DNA of 64,000 bases from sequence record PV808484.1; one strand, 5' to 3'. Under the pieces are notes generated by a model. The model saw only the letters and a list, made by a program, of their open reading frames with translations. It did not search any database and was not told the origin of the DNA. This stretch comes from a phage. Below, in pieces: positions 9,996 to 18,576 of this stretch (the stretch's first letter is position 1; the number at the start of each line of letters is the position of its first letter). Both the position numbers and the translations under genes were made by a program.

Positions 9996-10246
9996 TGTTA
10001 AGTATCAAACCTAAAATGATAACAGCAGATGAAGCAGACTTTATTTTCAAATGTGGACGTGTATGGAGAGAGTTCACAAAAGGGAATGAAGTGGTTGTTG
10101 TTGTCGAACACAAGATATCTATCCAGGATCTGTTTGGACAATATGTTGATGTTATTAAATTAGGTATTGACAAGGGTTTAGTTGAGGTGTTAACATTAGA
10201 TCAAGTTGAAGCAGAGCACCTCGATAAAGTGGTGGTTGAATTTTAA
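9995..10246 (+). CDS. hypothetical protein
   Basis: 83 aa ORF; ATGA-type overlap with upstream gene. Confidence 0.5.
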   Translation: MLSIKPKMITADEADFIFKCGRVWREFTKGNEVVVVVEHKISIQDLFGQYVDVIKLGIDKGLVEVLTLDQVEAEHLDKVVVEF

Positions 10247-10266
10247 AATACAGACGGGAGAAAGGT

Positions 10267-10440
10267 ATGAGTTTCTTTGTTACAGTATTTATGGCTATTT
10301 GGATTGTAGTCTCACTCGTTCTTTTCCTGGTGGGTTGTCTGGAAGAGATTAAGAAAGCGGTTATTTGCGGTTTCTTTGGCTTTATTATCTCTCCTGCCTG
10401 GATGTGGTTCTTCATTATGATTGGTTTCCTTAAAAGGTAA
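10267..10440 (+). CDS. small membrane protein (57 aa)
   Basis: hand-translated MSFFVTVFMAIWIVVSLVLFLVGCLEEIKKAVICGFFGFIISPAWMWFFIMIGFLKR; GGGAGAAAGG SD. Confidence 0.4.
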   Translation: MSFFVTVFMAIWIVVSLVLFLVGCLEEIKKAVICGFFGFIISPAWMWFFIMIGFLKR

Positions 10441-10454
10441 GTGAGGAATAAAGA

Positions 10455-10892
10455 ATGAGTAAAACAAACGCAATCGCAGATAAAGCAACGGATGTACTTC
10501 TGAACATGGTTAACGTCACTATTCAAACAATGAGTGATGTTGTGGAGTTTGGAAAACAACAAATTCCAGAAGTAATCCATCAATTATTAGTGTGGAAAGC
10601 AGTATCCGCAGGTTTATGGCAACTTTTTAGTATTTGCTTTATGTTTATTACTTTTATTGCTGTGCGGAACCTCGTAAAAGCAATTAAAGATAAAGAATGC
10701 CTGTGGTCACGAGATCGCTATGGTGAAGTATCTGCTTTACCTATTGTTGGTCTTGTTGTCTGTGCTTTCTTTTTCTTTTTAGGATTTGTTATTTTCTTTT
10801 CGAATTTTGATTGGCTAAAAATCATTATTGCACCAAAAGTGTATCTGATTGAATTTGCTGCTGATTTAATTCGTTCATCTCAACAAAAATAA
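10455..10892 (+). CDS. membrane protein
   Basis: 145 aa; several hydrophobic helices. Confidence 0.5.
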   Translation: MSKTNAIADKATDVLLNMVNVTIQTMSDVVEFGKQQIPEVIHQLLVWKAVSAGLWQLFSICFMFITFIAVRNLVKAIKDKECLWSRDRYGEVSALPIVGLVVCAFFFFLGFVIFFSNFDWLKIIIAPKVYLIEFAADLIRSSQQK

Positions 10893-10903
10893 AAGGGGTT
10901 AAA

Positions 10904-12031
10904 ATGAAATACACGATTTATGGTGATATTGTAAGTGTAAATAAAGATATGGGCGTGGAATCTAACTACCTTCCACCTGGATTCTATACTGTTAGTCGTG
11001 ATCCCCTTGGCAATTATTTTTTAAGCCGTGGTAATCTGACAGGTGTACCGGATGTTCTGTATGGTGAAACAGAAAAACGAGCAAATCACGTTATCCGTAC
11101 ATTCCATCGCCGGAGTGCACAAGGTAAAAATACAGGTTTGCTCCTGACAGGAACTAAGGGCAGTGGTAAAACTATGTTAGCCAAACTCATTAGTCGTGAC
11201 CTTGTAGAAGAAGGTATTCCAACTATTATGGTTACTCAAGCCTACAGCGATGCTAATTTCATTGAACTTATTAGCAAGATCACCGACAAAGCAGTGATTA
11301 TTTTTGACGAGTTTGATAAAGTGTATGAGAAGAAACAAGATCAAGAAGCACTTCTCACTTTGTTAGATGGTACTGGCAGTGGTAATAAACTGTTTATTCT
11401 GACTAAAAACAGTGGTTTTATCTCTGAATTCTTTTTAAATCGTCCTAGTCGTGTGTTTTATAATTTTAATTATGATAAAATCTCACTAGAAACTATGATT
11501 GACTATTTAGATAAAAACCTGGATAACAAAGCACACTTTGATAATTTCCAAAGACTTTGGGATGTAAGTTTAGAGTTGTCCTTTGATGTGATCCAAGGTA
11601 TAGTAGAAGAACTTAATTTCTACCCTGATTTATCCTTTAAAGAATGCATCTCTATGATGGGCGTTTCTTTAGGTGGTGGTAATAAATGGGATATCAGCAG
11701 CGTTGTTATTAATGGAAAACTTCAGAAAGTTAGCTGGGTATCTAGTTGGCATAACTTCACACCTGCAATCTTTTTAGGTGGTTCGTGCACACTAGACGTG
11801 TACTTGTCATCTCCAAGTGATGCAGATTCTAAAGAAGCCCTTGCTAATAGCTCTTACGTGGTTTTTGATGATGAAGGCGATGCTCGAATTCCATTGAATG
11901 CGACAAAAATGAAAGCAGACCTTATCACAGGCGGTAAAATCGTTGTGTTTAGTGATGATCCAGAAGATTCTTTCCGTATTGTTCTGGAACCAACTATCAC
12001 CAATGGTGCAACTTTGGCAAGCGTGTTTTAA
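10904..12031 (+). CDS. AAA-type ATPase
   Basis: Walker A LLTGTKGSGKTMLAKL and Walker B VIIFDEFDK. Confidence 0.7.
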   Translation: MKYTIYGDIVSVNKDMGVESNYLPPGFYTVSRDPLGNYFLSRGNLTGVPDVLYGETEKRANHVIRTFHRRSAQGKNTGLLLTGTKGSGKTMLAKLISRDLVEEGIPTIMVTQAYSDANFIELISKITDKAVIIFDEFDKVYEKKQDQEALLTLLDGTGSGNKLFILTKNSGFISEFFLNRPSRVFYNFNYDKISLETMIDYLDKNLDNKAHFDNFQRLWDVSLELSFDVIQGIVEELNFYPDLSFKECISMMGVSLGGGNKWDISSVVINGKLQKVSWVSSWHNFTPAIFLGGSCTLDVYLSSPSDADSKEALANSSYVVFDDEGDARIPLNATKMKADLITGGKIVVFSDDPEDSFRIVLEPTITNGATLASVF

Positions 12032-12047
12032 GTAAGCCAGCAAATAA

Positions 12048-12072
12048 AAACCCGCTTCGGCGGGTTTTCTTG
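12048..12072 (+). terminator. rho-independent terminator
   Basis: AAACCCGC-TTCG-GCGGGTTT hairpin followed by TTTTCTTG. Confidence 0.7.
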
Positions 12073-12105
12073 CATTAATGCCAGATTTAATAAGAGGAGT
12101 AGTAG

Positions 12106-13083
12106 ATGGCAGCACCAAAATCATGGGAACAATATAAAGAAGAGTGTATACCAATAGCAGAGAGTAAGCAAATCCAAATCTTAGGATGGACGGGACAATG
12201 GAAAGGGGGCCACACAAAACTTGATTTGTTGTGCCATTGTGGTTATAAATGGGATACTACAAGTATTAACAGTTTTAAATGTGGTAGCGGTTGTCCACAA
12301 TGTAAGAGGGAGAAACAAACAATGTCCGACGATCAACATATTGCAGGTTTCTTTTCTACAGGGAAATTTAAGGAAGGCACTATCTTCACTAACACAGGAA
12401 CACGGGGTAAAGGATGTAGGCATATTACCTGGATGGTTGAATGTCCTGTTTGCTCTCATGATGAATATGTTCAAGCAGGTGTTTGTGATGGTAAATTTTA
12501 CTCTAAAGGACATCGCCTTAAACAAGGGTATATTCCGTGTCGTTGTGGGAAATATCAGTATACAGAAGACCAGATCACCTATAGGGTAAAAAAGGAAGTA
12601 GAAGGGAAAGGGTATGTCTGGGTAGATTGGATTACCAAACCCTCTTCTATAGGTAAGTTTAAATATCTTTGTCTTGTGCATGGTGAGCAGATAGGGAGTG
12701 CTCGTAATTTATTAAGCCTCGGTCAAGGTTGTCCACAGTGTGCTGGTCATAGTCAACAGCAATTATATATTAATATTGTTAAAGATAATGATATTATAGT
12801 TGCTCTTAAGTTTGGTATAGCTAAAGATAGCGATAGACGATTAAACGGTCAAAATAGCCGTAATCTGTTTTTTATGGAGCGTATTTGTTTATATGATTTT
12901 AGCACAGTGAAACAATGTAAGGCTGCTGAAAGAGCTATAAAGAAAAAATTAAAAACTGGTATTTTAACGGCAAGAGAGTTGAAAGATGGTTATACAGAAA
13001 CAGTAAGTGTTTCTGATTTGGAAAATCTTCAAAAAATTATTACACAATATGGTGGCAAGTTAGTATACAGTAAGGAGGTGTAA
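12106..13083 (+). CDS. multi-zinc-ribbon protein with GIY-YIG-like C-terminal motif, possible nuclease
   Basis: repeated CxC/CxxC modules (CHCGYKW, CGSGCPQC, CPVCSH, CRCGKY, GQGCPQC); C-terminal LYINIV...ALKFGIA...RRL...ERI. Confidence 0.5.
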   Translation: MAAPKSWEQYKEECIPIAESKQIQILGWTGQWKGGHTKLDLLCHCGYKWDTTSINSFKCGSGCPQCKREKQTMSDDQHIAGFFSTGKFKEGTIFTNTGTRGKGCRHITWMVECPVCSHDEYVQAGVCDGKFYSKGHRLKQGYIPCRCGKYQYTEDQITYRVKKEVEGKGYVWVDWITKPSSIGKFKYLCLVHGEQIGSARNLLSLGQGCPQCAGHSQQQLYINIVKDNDIIVALKFGIAKDSDRRLNGQNSRNLFFMERICLYDFSTVKQCKAAERAIKKKLKTGILTARELKDGYTETVSVSDLENLQKIITQYGGKLVYSKEV

Positions 13084-13635
13084 ATGCGGATTACTGATAA
13101 GTATGTGTTCTTCTTCTCGGCAAAAGATGAATTTAGCAACTGGTATCTATCATCTTTTATTGAACCTTTAGCTCCCAAGTATAATAATTCTATCACAAGT
13201 TCTGTCGAATTTACTTGTGTGGAACAATATATGATGTGGAGAAAAGCATGTTTATTTTATGATTACAACATTGCATCTTCTATTTTAACCGGAGATCTAA
13301 GATATACAGGAGAAAAAGAACAAGCATATTATAAGCGACTAGGTAGATTAGTTAAAGATTATGATGAAGATACCTGGACTTCTTTACGGGAGAAGATTGT
13401 CAAACGTGGTTTGTATCTTAAATACACACAAAATGAAGATCTCAAAAATAAACTTATAGCTTACGCAGATAAGGAGTTCGTAGAGGCAAGCCCTTATGAT
13501 TCTATTTATGGTATCAAAATGGGGATGTGGGATCGTGATGTTGAAAATAAGGATTGTTGGAAAGGACAAAATCTTTTAGGAAAATGGCATACAGACCTTG
13601 CTGTTTATCTAAAAGCACAATCTGATATTTCCTGA
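13084..13635 (+). CDS. NADAR (YbiA-like, DUF1768) domain protein
   Basis: FFFSAKDEFSNWY, FTCVEQYMMWRKA, GIKMGMWD...NLLGKWH match NADAR signature blocks; ATG overlaps upstream stop. Confidence 0.7.
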   Translation: MRITDKYVFFFSAKDEFSNWYLSSFIEPLAPKYNNSITSSVEFTCVEQYMMWRKACLFYDYNIASSILTGDLRYTGEKEQAYYKRLGRLVKDYDEDTWTSLREKIVKRGLYLKYTQNEDLKNKLIAYADKEFVEASPYDSIYGIKMGMWDRDVENKDCWKGQNLLGKWHTDLAVYLKAQSDIS

Positions 13636-13854
13636 TATTTTGAAAATTTTTATTTTTATAAAAAGGGGTGTGGGTTTCATGTACGGAAATCCACCCTCTG
13701 AATAATATATCCAGAGTAAGTATTATTCTGTACTCTGTTAATAAATTATTTAATTTGTTTGTTGGATTATGATATCTGGTTTTTAAAAGGCATACTATCT
13801 CTTAACTACTACTTATAACAGAACAGTAAAATCATTTTTATAAAAAGGACAAAA

Positions 13855-14051
13855 TTATTTAAAGTTTTTACAGATTTTTGGGTACAAATTTTGAAAATGA
13901 AAAGTTCAAGTTTGGTCAAAATTATTTAAAGTTTTTGTACGTATTTCCATCCAGATTTTGAAAATGAAAAGTTCAATTTTTTAAAAATTCCCCAGTTTAT
14001 TTAAAGTTTTTTTGCCTTTTTCCGTAGAAAAATCAAAAATGAAAAGTTCAA
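13855..14051. repeat. three imperfect tandem repeats (~67-73 bp) with two conserved boxes
   Basis: box A TTATTTAAAGTTTTT at 13855, 13923, 13997; box B TTTTGAAAATGAAAAGTTCAA at 13889, 13956, 14031. Confidence 0.6.
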
Positions 14052-14076
14052 TTTCGTGTTTTTATAGGTATGCGTA

Positions 14077-14190
14077 TGATAATCATTCTCATTTGTAAAT
14101 GAGAATCATTATCATTTAATTATGTAAGTGATAATCATTCTCAGTAAGAGAATGAGAATCATTAGCAAATGAGAATTTTCTCATTTAGAG
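14077..14190. promoter_or_regulatory. cluster of Fur-box-like palindromes
   Basis: TGATAATCATTCTCATT, AATGAGAATCATTATCATT, GTGATAATCATTCTCAG, AATGAGAATCATTAGC; compare Fur consensus GATAATGATAATCATTATC. Confidence 0.5.
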
Positions 14191-14447
14191 AATAACGCGT
14201 AGGGGTGGTGTTTGTCTCGCGCTCCCGTGTCCCCTCGCCATACAATAAGAATAGCATAACCAACAACAAAAGCAAGCGATTATTTTTATCTTTACATTTC
14301 TTTACAAATTTATTTTAGACGAGCTACCGGCGATCAACCTTCCAACCAGTGTGCCCTGGTATGTTAGCCCCGCCTTTACGCCGTGGGGGTGGCGCTTCCT
14401 CTTCTGTATGTAAAACAGTATAAGCCCGATCCCTGGGCTTGTCAAGA

Positions 14448-14714
14448 TTATTTTTTGTTTTCTTGCCAGGATAGGACACCTAACCAAAAATACATGTCGC
14501 CCCGCGCCCCTGGCGGGATCTTGCTTTCCCCGCCGCCACTGCAAGCCCATAGATAACCATTTGCGAACGTATCAAAATGATCTATTTCTTCCACCTTATG
14601 ATCGCCCAGGTTGAGAACGGTTTCAACCTTTAAGCCCGTTGCGCTTGCTACCTGGTGCACCGTGCCGCCTTGCCAGCCTAATGAGTGCATGAGGTGTAAA
14701 GTAGTATTTGTCAT
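14448..14714 (-). CDS. hypothetical protein (88 aa) in GC-rich segment
   Basis: internal ATG (MTNTTLHLMHSLGW...) in ORF-track frame; local GC roughly 50-60 percent versus 32-42 percent elsewhere; weak SD. Confidence 0.35.
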   Translation of the reverse strand: MTNTTLHLMHSLGWQGGTVHQVASATGLKVETVLNLGDHKVEEIDHFDTFANGYLWACSGGGESKIPPGARGDMYFWLGVLSWQENKK

Positions 14715-14824
14715 GGTATCGCCCTTTCTTTGATGTGCGCCCTGGTTGGCGCGGTAGAAAGATAATAGCCCCTTTCCTTTATAGATAGCAAGCAAAAAAG
14801 AAATGAAAAAAGATTAAAAAAGGG

Positions 14825-14853
14825 TTGACGTTCCTCACCTGGTAGCGTATTAT
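14825..14853 (+). promoter_or_regulatory. sigma70-like promoter
   Basis: TTGACG-17 nt-TATTAT. Confidence 0.45.
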
Positions 14854-14980
14854 TCATCTTGTCGAGGGGGGCGAGGCACAACGACAATAAACAAAAGGAG
14901 GGCGCAATGCAGGACGGGCAAAGGTGAGGATCTCCACAATCCACCGTCACAATAACATTACTTATAAAAGGTTGATAACG

Positions 14981-15076
14981 ATGATCAAGAAAGAAAACAG
15001 CTTGACGGTTGGAACGATTAACGCTATCATTTTCGCCGTTCCATTTTGGGTTGTAGTAGCGGTTATTATCTTTTAA
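14981..15076 (+). CDS. small hydrophobic peptide (31 aa), type I toxin-like
   Basis: MIKKENSLTVGTINAIIFAVPFWVVVAVIIF; about 120 nt leader containing a 6-codon mini-ORF (MQDGQR) with AAGGAGG SD. Confidence 0.35.
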   Translation: MIKKENSLTVGTINAIIFAVPFWVVVAVIIF

Positions 15077-15084
15077 AAATATTC

Positions 15085-15141
15085 TTGACAACGTTTTTTA
15101 ATCTGATAAGATGTATCACATAGGGCGGCAATAGTGCCGCT
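15085..15141 (+). promoter_or_regulatory. promoter plus 5'-UTR hairpin cassette
   Basis: TTGACA-16-TAAGAT then CATAGGGCGGCAATAGTGCCGCTCATA. Confidence 0.55.
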
Positions 15142-15164
15142 CATAACAGAAGAGAGAAATAATC

Positions 15165-15437
15165 ATGGCATCATATAGCGCATCAATGATCGTAATGGGT
15201 ATCACTGGTAAACCTATGCGCGGTGGCGGATCTTTCGCTAACATCAATATTGATGGACGTTTATCCCTGGACGCAGCGATCACAGTGGCACGGGAAACAT
15301 TTAAAAAAGAATGTAATTTCAATAAACAAGATTATCTCGGTTTCGCTATTGAAAAAACCGCGCGATTTGTGGATTATAAAAGCCCGAAAATGATCGACAC
15401 TACACTAAAAGCGAAAGATGTAGCGTTTTTGCTTTAA
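15165..15437 (+). CDS. hypothetical protein
   Basis: 90 aa ORF downstream of cassette. Confidence 0.55.
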   Translation: MASYSASMIVMGITGKPMRGGGSFANINIDGRLSLDAAITVARETFKKECNFNKQDYLGFAIEKTARFVDYKSPKMIDTTLKAKDVAFLL

Positions 15438-15440
15438 GAC

Positions 15441-15501
15441 TTGACACTGAAAAATAATTTGGTAATATATACCACATAAGGCGGGGAAATGGTTTCCCGC
15501 C
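15441..15501 (+). promoter_or_regulatory. promoter plus 5'-UTR hairpin cassette
   Basis: TTGACA...TAATAT then GGCGGGGAAATGGTTTCCCGCC. Confidence 0.55.
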
Positions 15502-15526
15502 AAGCCATCAAAGAAAGGGTAACACA

Positions 15527-15889
15527 ATGAGCAAGCAAATCAATACTATCATGTTAAACCTGGTATCTTTCCGCGATGACGTGAAAAATCTTTCGCGTGA
15601 TGCAGTGGATGCACGGATCGAAAGCTATCGCACACAGATCGCAACATTACCGTTAAAACGTGATCAACATGCCGCTAATATGATGCTTGATGCTATGATT
15701 AAAAAGATGATTCAATGTGATCTTACTCTGGCTTATGAATATGCTGGCGATCTTTTTGTAACATATAACAAGCCCGTTCCAGGTATGAGCACCACGGAAG
15801 AATTGCATGCCTTAAATCTGCGACAAGATGCATGGGATAACATGCGCCGTGTTATGGTATGGGTAGAAAGCGGTAAAATTTACGAATAA
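15527..15889 (+). CDS. hypothetical protein
   Basis: 120 aa ORF; AAAGGG SD. Confidence 0.55.
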   Translation: MSKQINTIMLNLVSFRDDVKNLSRDAVDARIESYRTQIATLPLKRDQHAANMMLDAMIKKMIQCDLTLAYEYAGDLFVTYNKPVPGMSTTEELHALNLRQDAWDNMRRVMVWVESGKIYE

Positions 15890-15895
15890 AAACGG

Positions 15896-15950
15896 TTGAC
15901 ATTGCACTAAAACCTGATAAGCTATCTTAAAGCGGGAATAGTTCCCGCTT
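15896..15950 (+). promoter_or_regulatory. promoter plus 5'-UTR hairpin cassette
   Basis: TTGACA then AAGCGGGAATAGTTCCCGCTT. Confidence 0.5.
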
Positions 15951-15967
15951 ACATAGGATAAAACTTT

Positions 15968-16114
15968 ATGAAACAATATGTAATGAGTATTCACACCAAA
16001 AACGGCGCTACTGTTACGACTCCGGCACGGTTTGCACTTGTAAACCGTTGCAAGAGACTAAAACGAGAGCTAAAAAACAACCGTGCAACGGGCTTTAAAC
16101 GCTGGGGAGGATAA
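15968..16114 (+). CDS. small basic protein (48 aa)
   Basis: hand-translated MKQYVMSIHTKNGATVTTPARFALVNRCKRLKRELKNNRATGFKRWGG; cassette upstream. Confidence 0.4.
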   Translation: MKQYVMSIHTKNGATVTTPARFALVNRCKRLKRELKNNRATGFKRWGG

Positions 16115-16116
16115 TC

Positions 16117-16389
16117 TTGTTTTTTCTAAAAGTTTTTGATAATGTGATCGCTTTTGAACATGCTGCAACGTTCAACCTGGCGAGATACGCTATCAGGTTT
16201 AAAGATAATGTTTATCCCCGTGCTGGTGGCGGTTACACTATCTTTAATCATCGTAACGCTCAATTAACGGATATAACGAATCCAGATCCTGGAGTGTATC
16301 GCATAGGTTGGCTACCGTCAAAAGACGCGGCAAGCATGTTTAAGGTGTGTAAACTACTAACAGAAGAGGCGAACGAACATGGGGCGTGA
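16117..16389 (+). CDS. hypothetical protein (probable TTG start)
   Basis: no in-frame ATG near 5' end; GGGGAGG SD 6 nt before TTG. Confidence 0.4.
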   Translation: MFFLKVFDNVIAFEHAATFNLARYAIRFKDNVYPRAGGGYTIFNHRNAQLTDITNPDPGVYRIGWLPSKDAASMFKVCKLLTEEANEHGA

Positions 16390-16933
16390 ATATGTGATCC
16401 AGTCCTGGGTAAAGCATGATGCTGATGATCCGCGCATAATACCAGATGACATGATCGATCACATGGTAGGGTATAGCGGGGAGCAGATAGGAAATCGAGC
16501 GGCAAAGAGCAACGGTCACACAAAAACGCGATCCGTTCGCCCTGGTTGGCTGGCAAATGGTAACGCTGACATTGCAAGCGCCGCAGATCCAAGCGATGAC
16601 GCTAAAAATAATCCCTTATACAGCATTGATCCGGCTTTTAAGGTGTTAGAAGAGTATCCCGCTAAATTAGCCGCACTAGATAAAGCATATGAAGAAAAGC
16701 GCATGGCATGGACGGTATACAACACCGCTAAAATGGTGCTAGATGCAAAATTGATTAAAGCCCAGGAGAAGATCAATAAACTTGTTACCATAGCGCAAGA
16801 GGAAGACCAGGACGACCAGGAGGAAGAGGAAGAAATCATGCCTACCCTGGAAGAGGAAGAGATCCAGCCATACATGCCGACGGAAGAGGAAAAAAGACAA
16901 GCCCTAAAAAATTATGAAAATTGTGTTGTGTAA
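16379..16933 (+). CDS. hypothetical protein with acidic C-terminus
   Basis: 184 aa; ATG overlaps upstream stop; EEDQDDQEEEEE tract. Confidence 0.5.
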   Translation: MGREYVIQSWVKHDADDPRIIPDDMIDHMVGYSGEQIGNRAAKSNGHTKTRSVRPGWLANGNADIASAADPSDDAKNNPLYSIDPAFKVLEEYPAKLAALDKAYEEKRMAWTVYNTAKMVLDAKLIKAQEKINKLVTIAQEEDQDDQEEEEEIMPTLEEEEIQPYMPTEEEKRQALKNYENCVV

Positions 16934-16936
16934 GGC

Positions 16937-17042
16937 TTGACATATGCAAACAAGCCCCGTAATATGTACCACATAAAGCGGGGCAACGCCCCATAAGGTG
17001 AAATAAAAAATCACTTGACACCTGAAATCAGTAAGCTATAAT
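16937..17042 (+). promoter_or_regulatory. tandem promoters, first with 5' hairpin
   Basis: TTGACA-17-TAATAT then AAGCGGGGCAACGCCCCAT; second TTGACA-16-TATAAT. Confidence 0.5.
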
Positions 17043-17079
17043 GCTTATATAGATTGAAACATTACTAAGGAATAAAAGC

Positions 17080-17259
17080 ATGGCTATTATTGCAAAGACT
17101 GAGATCGTAGGTTTAGATTCTATCATCCTGGCATATGAGGAAGCTATAGAAATGTATGTGGTTTCCTATGGTGATTATATCCGTGAATATAAATCTATTG
17201 ATCTAGCTTTTGAATGCTATATTCGCCAGGTCAATAAAGCCTATGATGATTATCGTTAA
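17080..17259 (+). CDS. small protein (59 aa)
   Basis: hand-translated MAIIAKTEIVGLDSIILAYEEAIEMYVVSYGDYIREYKSIDLAFECYIRQVNKAYDDYR. Confidence 0.4.
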   Translation: MAIIAKTEIVGLDSIILAYEEAIEMYVVSYGDYIREYKSIDLAFECYIRQVNKAYDDYR

Positions 17260-17354
17260 AAGTTTTAGTCTTGTGCTATTGACAACGAACGATAGTGCAA
17301 GCATAATAACTTTTATCGGGAATACTCCTAACTAATCAAAAGAGATTAAAGACT

Positions 17355-17720
17355 ATGGCTAAAAATATCAATGTTTCTGCTTATGCTACCCTGGCTAACA
17401 CTGCTAAAATTGAACTATCCAGCATTGAAGCGGTACATATTAGCGCCCGTCGCTGGTTTCAAAAGTCTTATGGTAACACTTATTTCTCTTTGATGGTTGA
17501 CGTTGAGATCGGCGGTAAACTGATTGAAGTCGTTAACGTTCCGTTTCACTATGGCTACGGGGATCATTTTGATACCGTTGCCCTAGAAGAGTTTAGCAAG
17601 GTTATCAACCTGGAAGGTAAAGAATTTTCAAATTATGCCTACCTTTCCCGTTTTTGCCGTGATAATGGGATCGCTGTATACAGTCATGCAAGCGATGTTA
17701 AACGTAAAAAAGATTTATAA
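17355..17720 (+). CDS. hypothetical protein
   Basis: 121 aa ORF; TTGACA-type promoter about 17280. Confidence 0.55.
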   Translation: MAKNINVSAYATLANTAKIELSSIEAVHISARRWFQKSYGNTYFSLMVDVEIGGKLIEVVNVPFHYGYGDHFDTVALEEFSKVINLEGKEFSNYAYLSRFCRDNGIAVYSHASDVKRKKDL

Positions 17721-17726
17721 AAAGCA

Positions 17727-17754
17727 TTGACAGCACGAATAAAAAGCGTAAAAT
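17727..17754 (+). promoter_or_regulatory. sigma70-like promoter with no ORF directly downstream
   Basis: TTGACA-16-TAAAAT; followed by about 85 nt structured noncoding sequence. Confidence 0.4.
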
Positions 17755-17840
17755 GTTTCATATCAGGACGGGGAACGAAGTAACACCCCGTTAAGTAGCC
17801 CAGGAGTAAGACACACGAAAAACTCCCCTGATAAAATAGT

Positions 17841-17901
17841 TTGACAATGGTTTCTAATAACGTATAATACTTACATCGAGAGCGGGAACACTTCCCGCCT
17901 C
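17841..17901 (+). promoter_or_regulatory. promoter plus 5'-UTR hairpin cassette
   Basis: TTGACA-16-TATAAT then AGCGGGAACACTTCCCGCC. Confidence 0.55.
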
Positions 17902-17923
17902 ACTGAAAAAAGAGATTAACATC

Positions 17924-18163
17924 ATGGCTAAATCTAAAATGTTCTTAGGTCACAAAAACAAAACTCATTGGAATGTAAGCCTTTGGATCAACAACGATGA
18001 AGGTTTTTATAATCTTGCGCGTGAATTTATCGCAGCTAACACCAATAAGAATGACGCAGCGCGTGATATGATGTTATTTCTTGAAAGTATGGATCAAGAT
18101 AAAACGCCAGACGGATTCAAGTTCAGTAAAACCGCGATCCGTGCCGCTATGGTTGGAATGTAA
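17924..18163 (+). CDS. hypothetical protein
   Basis: 79 aa ORF. Confidence 0.55.
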   Translation: MAKSKMFLGHKNKTHWNVSLWINNDEGFYNLAREFIAANTNKNDAARDMMLFLESMDQDKTPDGFKFSKTAIRAAMVGM

Positions 18164-18258
18164 AGGAGACATAAAAATGAAACATCGTTCGACCTATCTC
18201 ACAAAACGTTTTAGCTTAGATCATAAATTGGGCTATTACGGAAGAAATAGAAAATAAT

Positions 18259-18318
18259 TTGACAACGTTTTAAATTAGTGTAAGATATATCACATAGGGC
18301 GGGAAATGGTTTCCCGCC
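18259..18318 (+). promoter_or_regulatory. promoter plus 5'-UTR hairpin cassette
   Basis: TTGACAACGTTTT...TAAGAT then GGGCGGGAAATGGTTTCCCGCC. Confidence 0.55.
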
Positions 18319-18340
18319 AAATCAAAGAAAGGTTATCATT

Positions 18341-18568
18341 ATGGCTATCATTATTGTTCGCGTATCCGGTACGGTTGGAAGCTCCCAGGTAGTAGCAGTT
18401 ATCACAGAGAAGAAAGGGGATGATCTTCACTCTTCCTTGAATAGTTGGGCGGTCGCTAATTTTGGTCAGTGGTCGAGCGTCGAGTATATCGAATCCTACC
18501 AGGTGCCGACGATTAGCCTAACCGATTTAAATGTTGATCGCTTGTTGTGCCTGGATGGATTAAACTAA
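18341..18568 (+). CDS. hypothetical protein
   Basis: 75 aa ORF. Confidence 0.55.
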   Translation: MAIIIVRVSGTVGSSQVVAVITEKKGDDLHSSLNSWAVANFGQWSSVEYIESYQVPTISLTDLNVDRLLCLDGLN

Positions 18569-18576
18569 AAATAATC

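Noticed and set aside
13855-14051. Possible CRISPR array (regularly spaced repeats)
   Set aside because: Only three units, each made of two different conserved boxes with variable linkers; AT-rich; no cas genes; unit structure is iteron-like rather than repeat-spacer.
14407-14422. LexA (SOS) box CTGTATGTAAAACAG
   Set aside because: The half-sites CTGT and ACAG are separated by 7 nt rather than the canonical 8, and it is a single occurrence.
14302-15091. ORF-track minus-strand ORFs 14302-14550 and 14711-15091
   Set aside because: They depend on non-ATG starts, lack SD sequences and overlap the better-supported 88-aa gene, promoter and small peptide; likely artefacts of the GC-rich segment.
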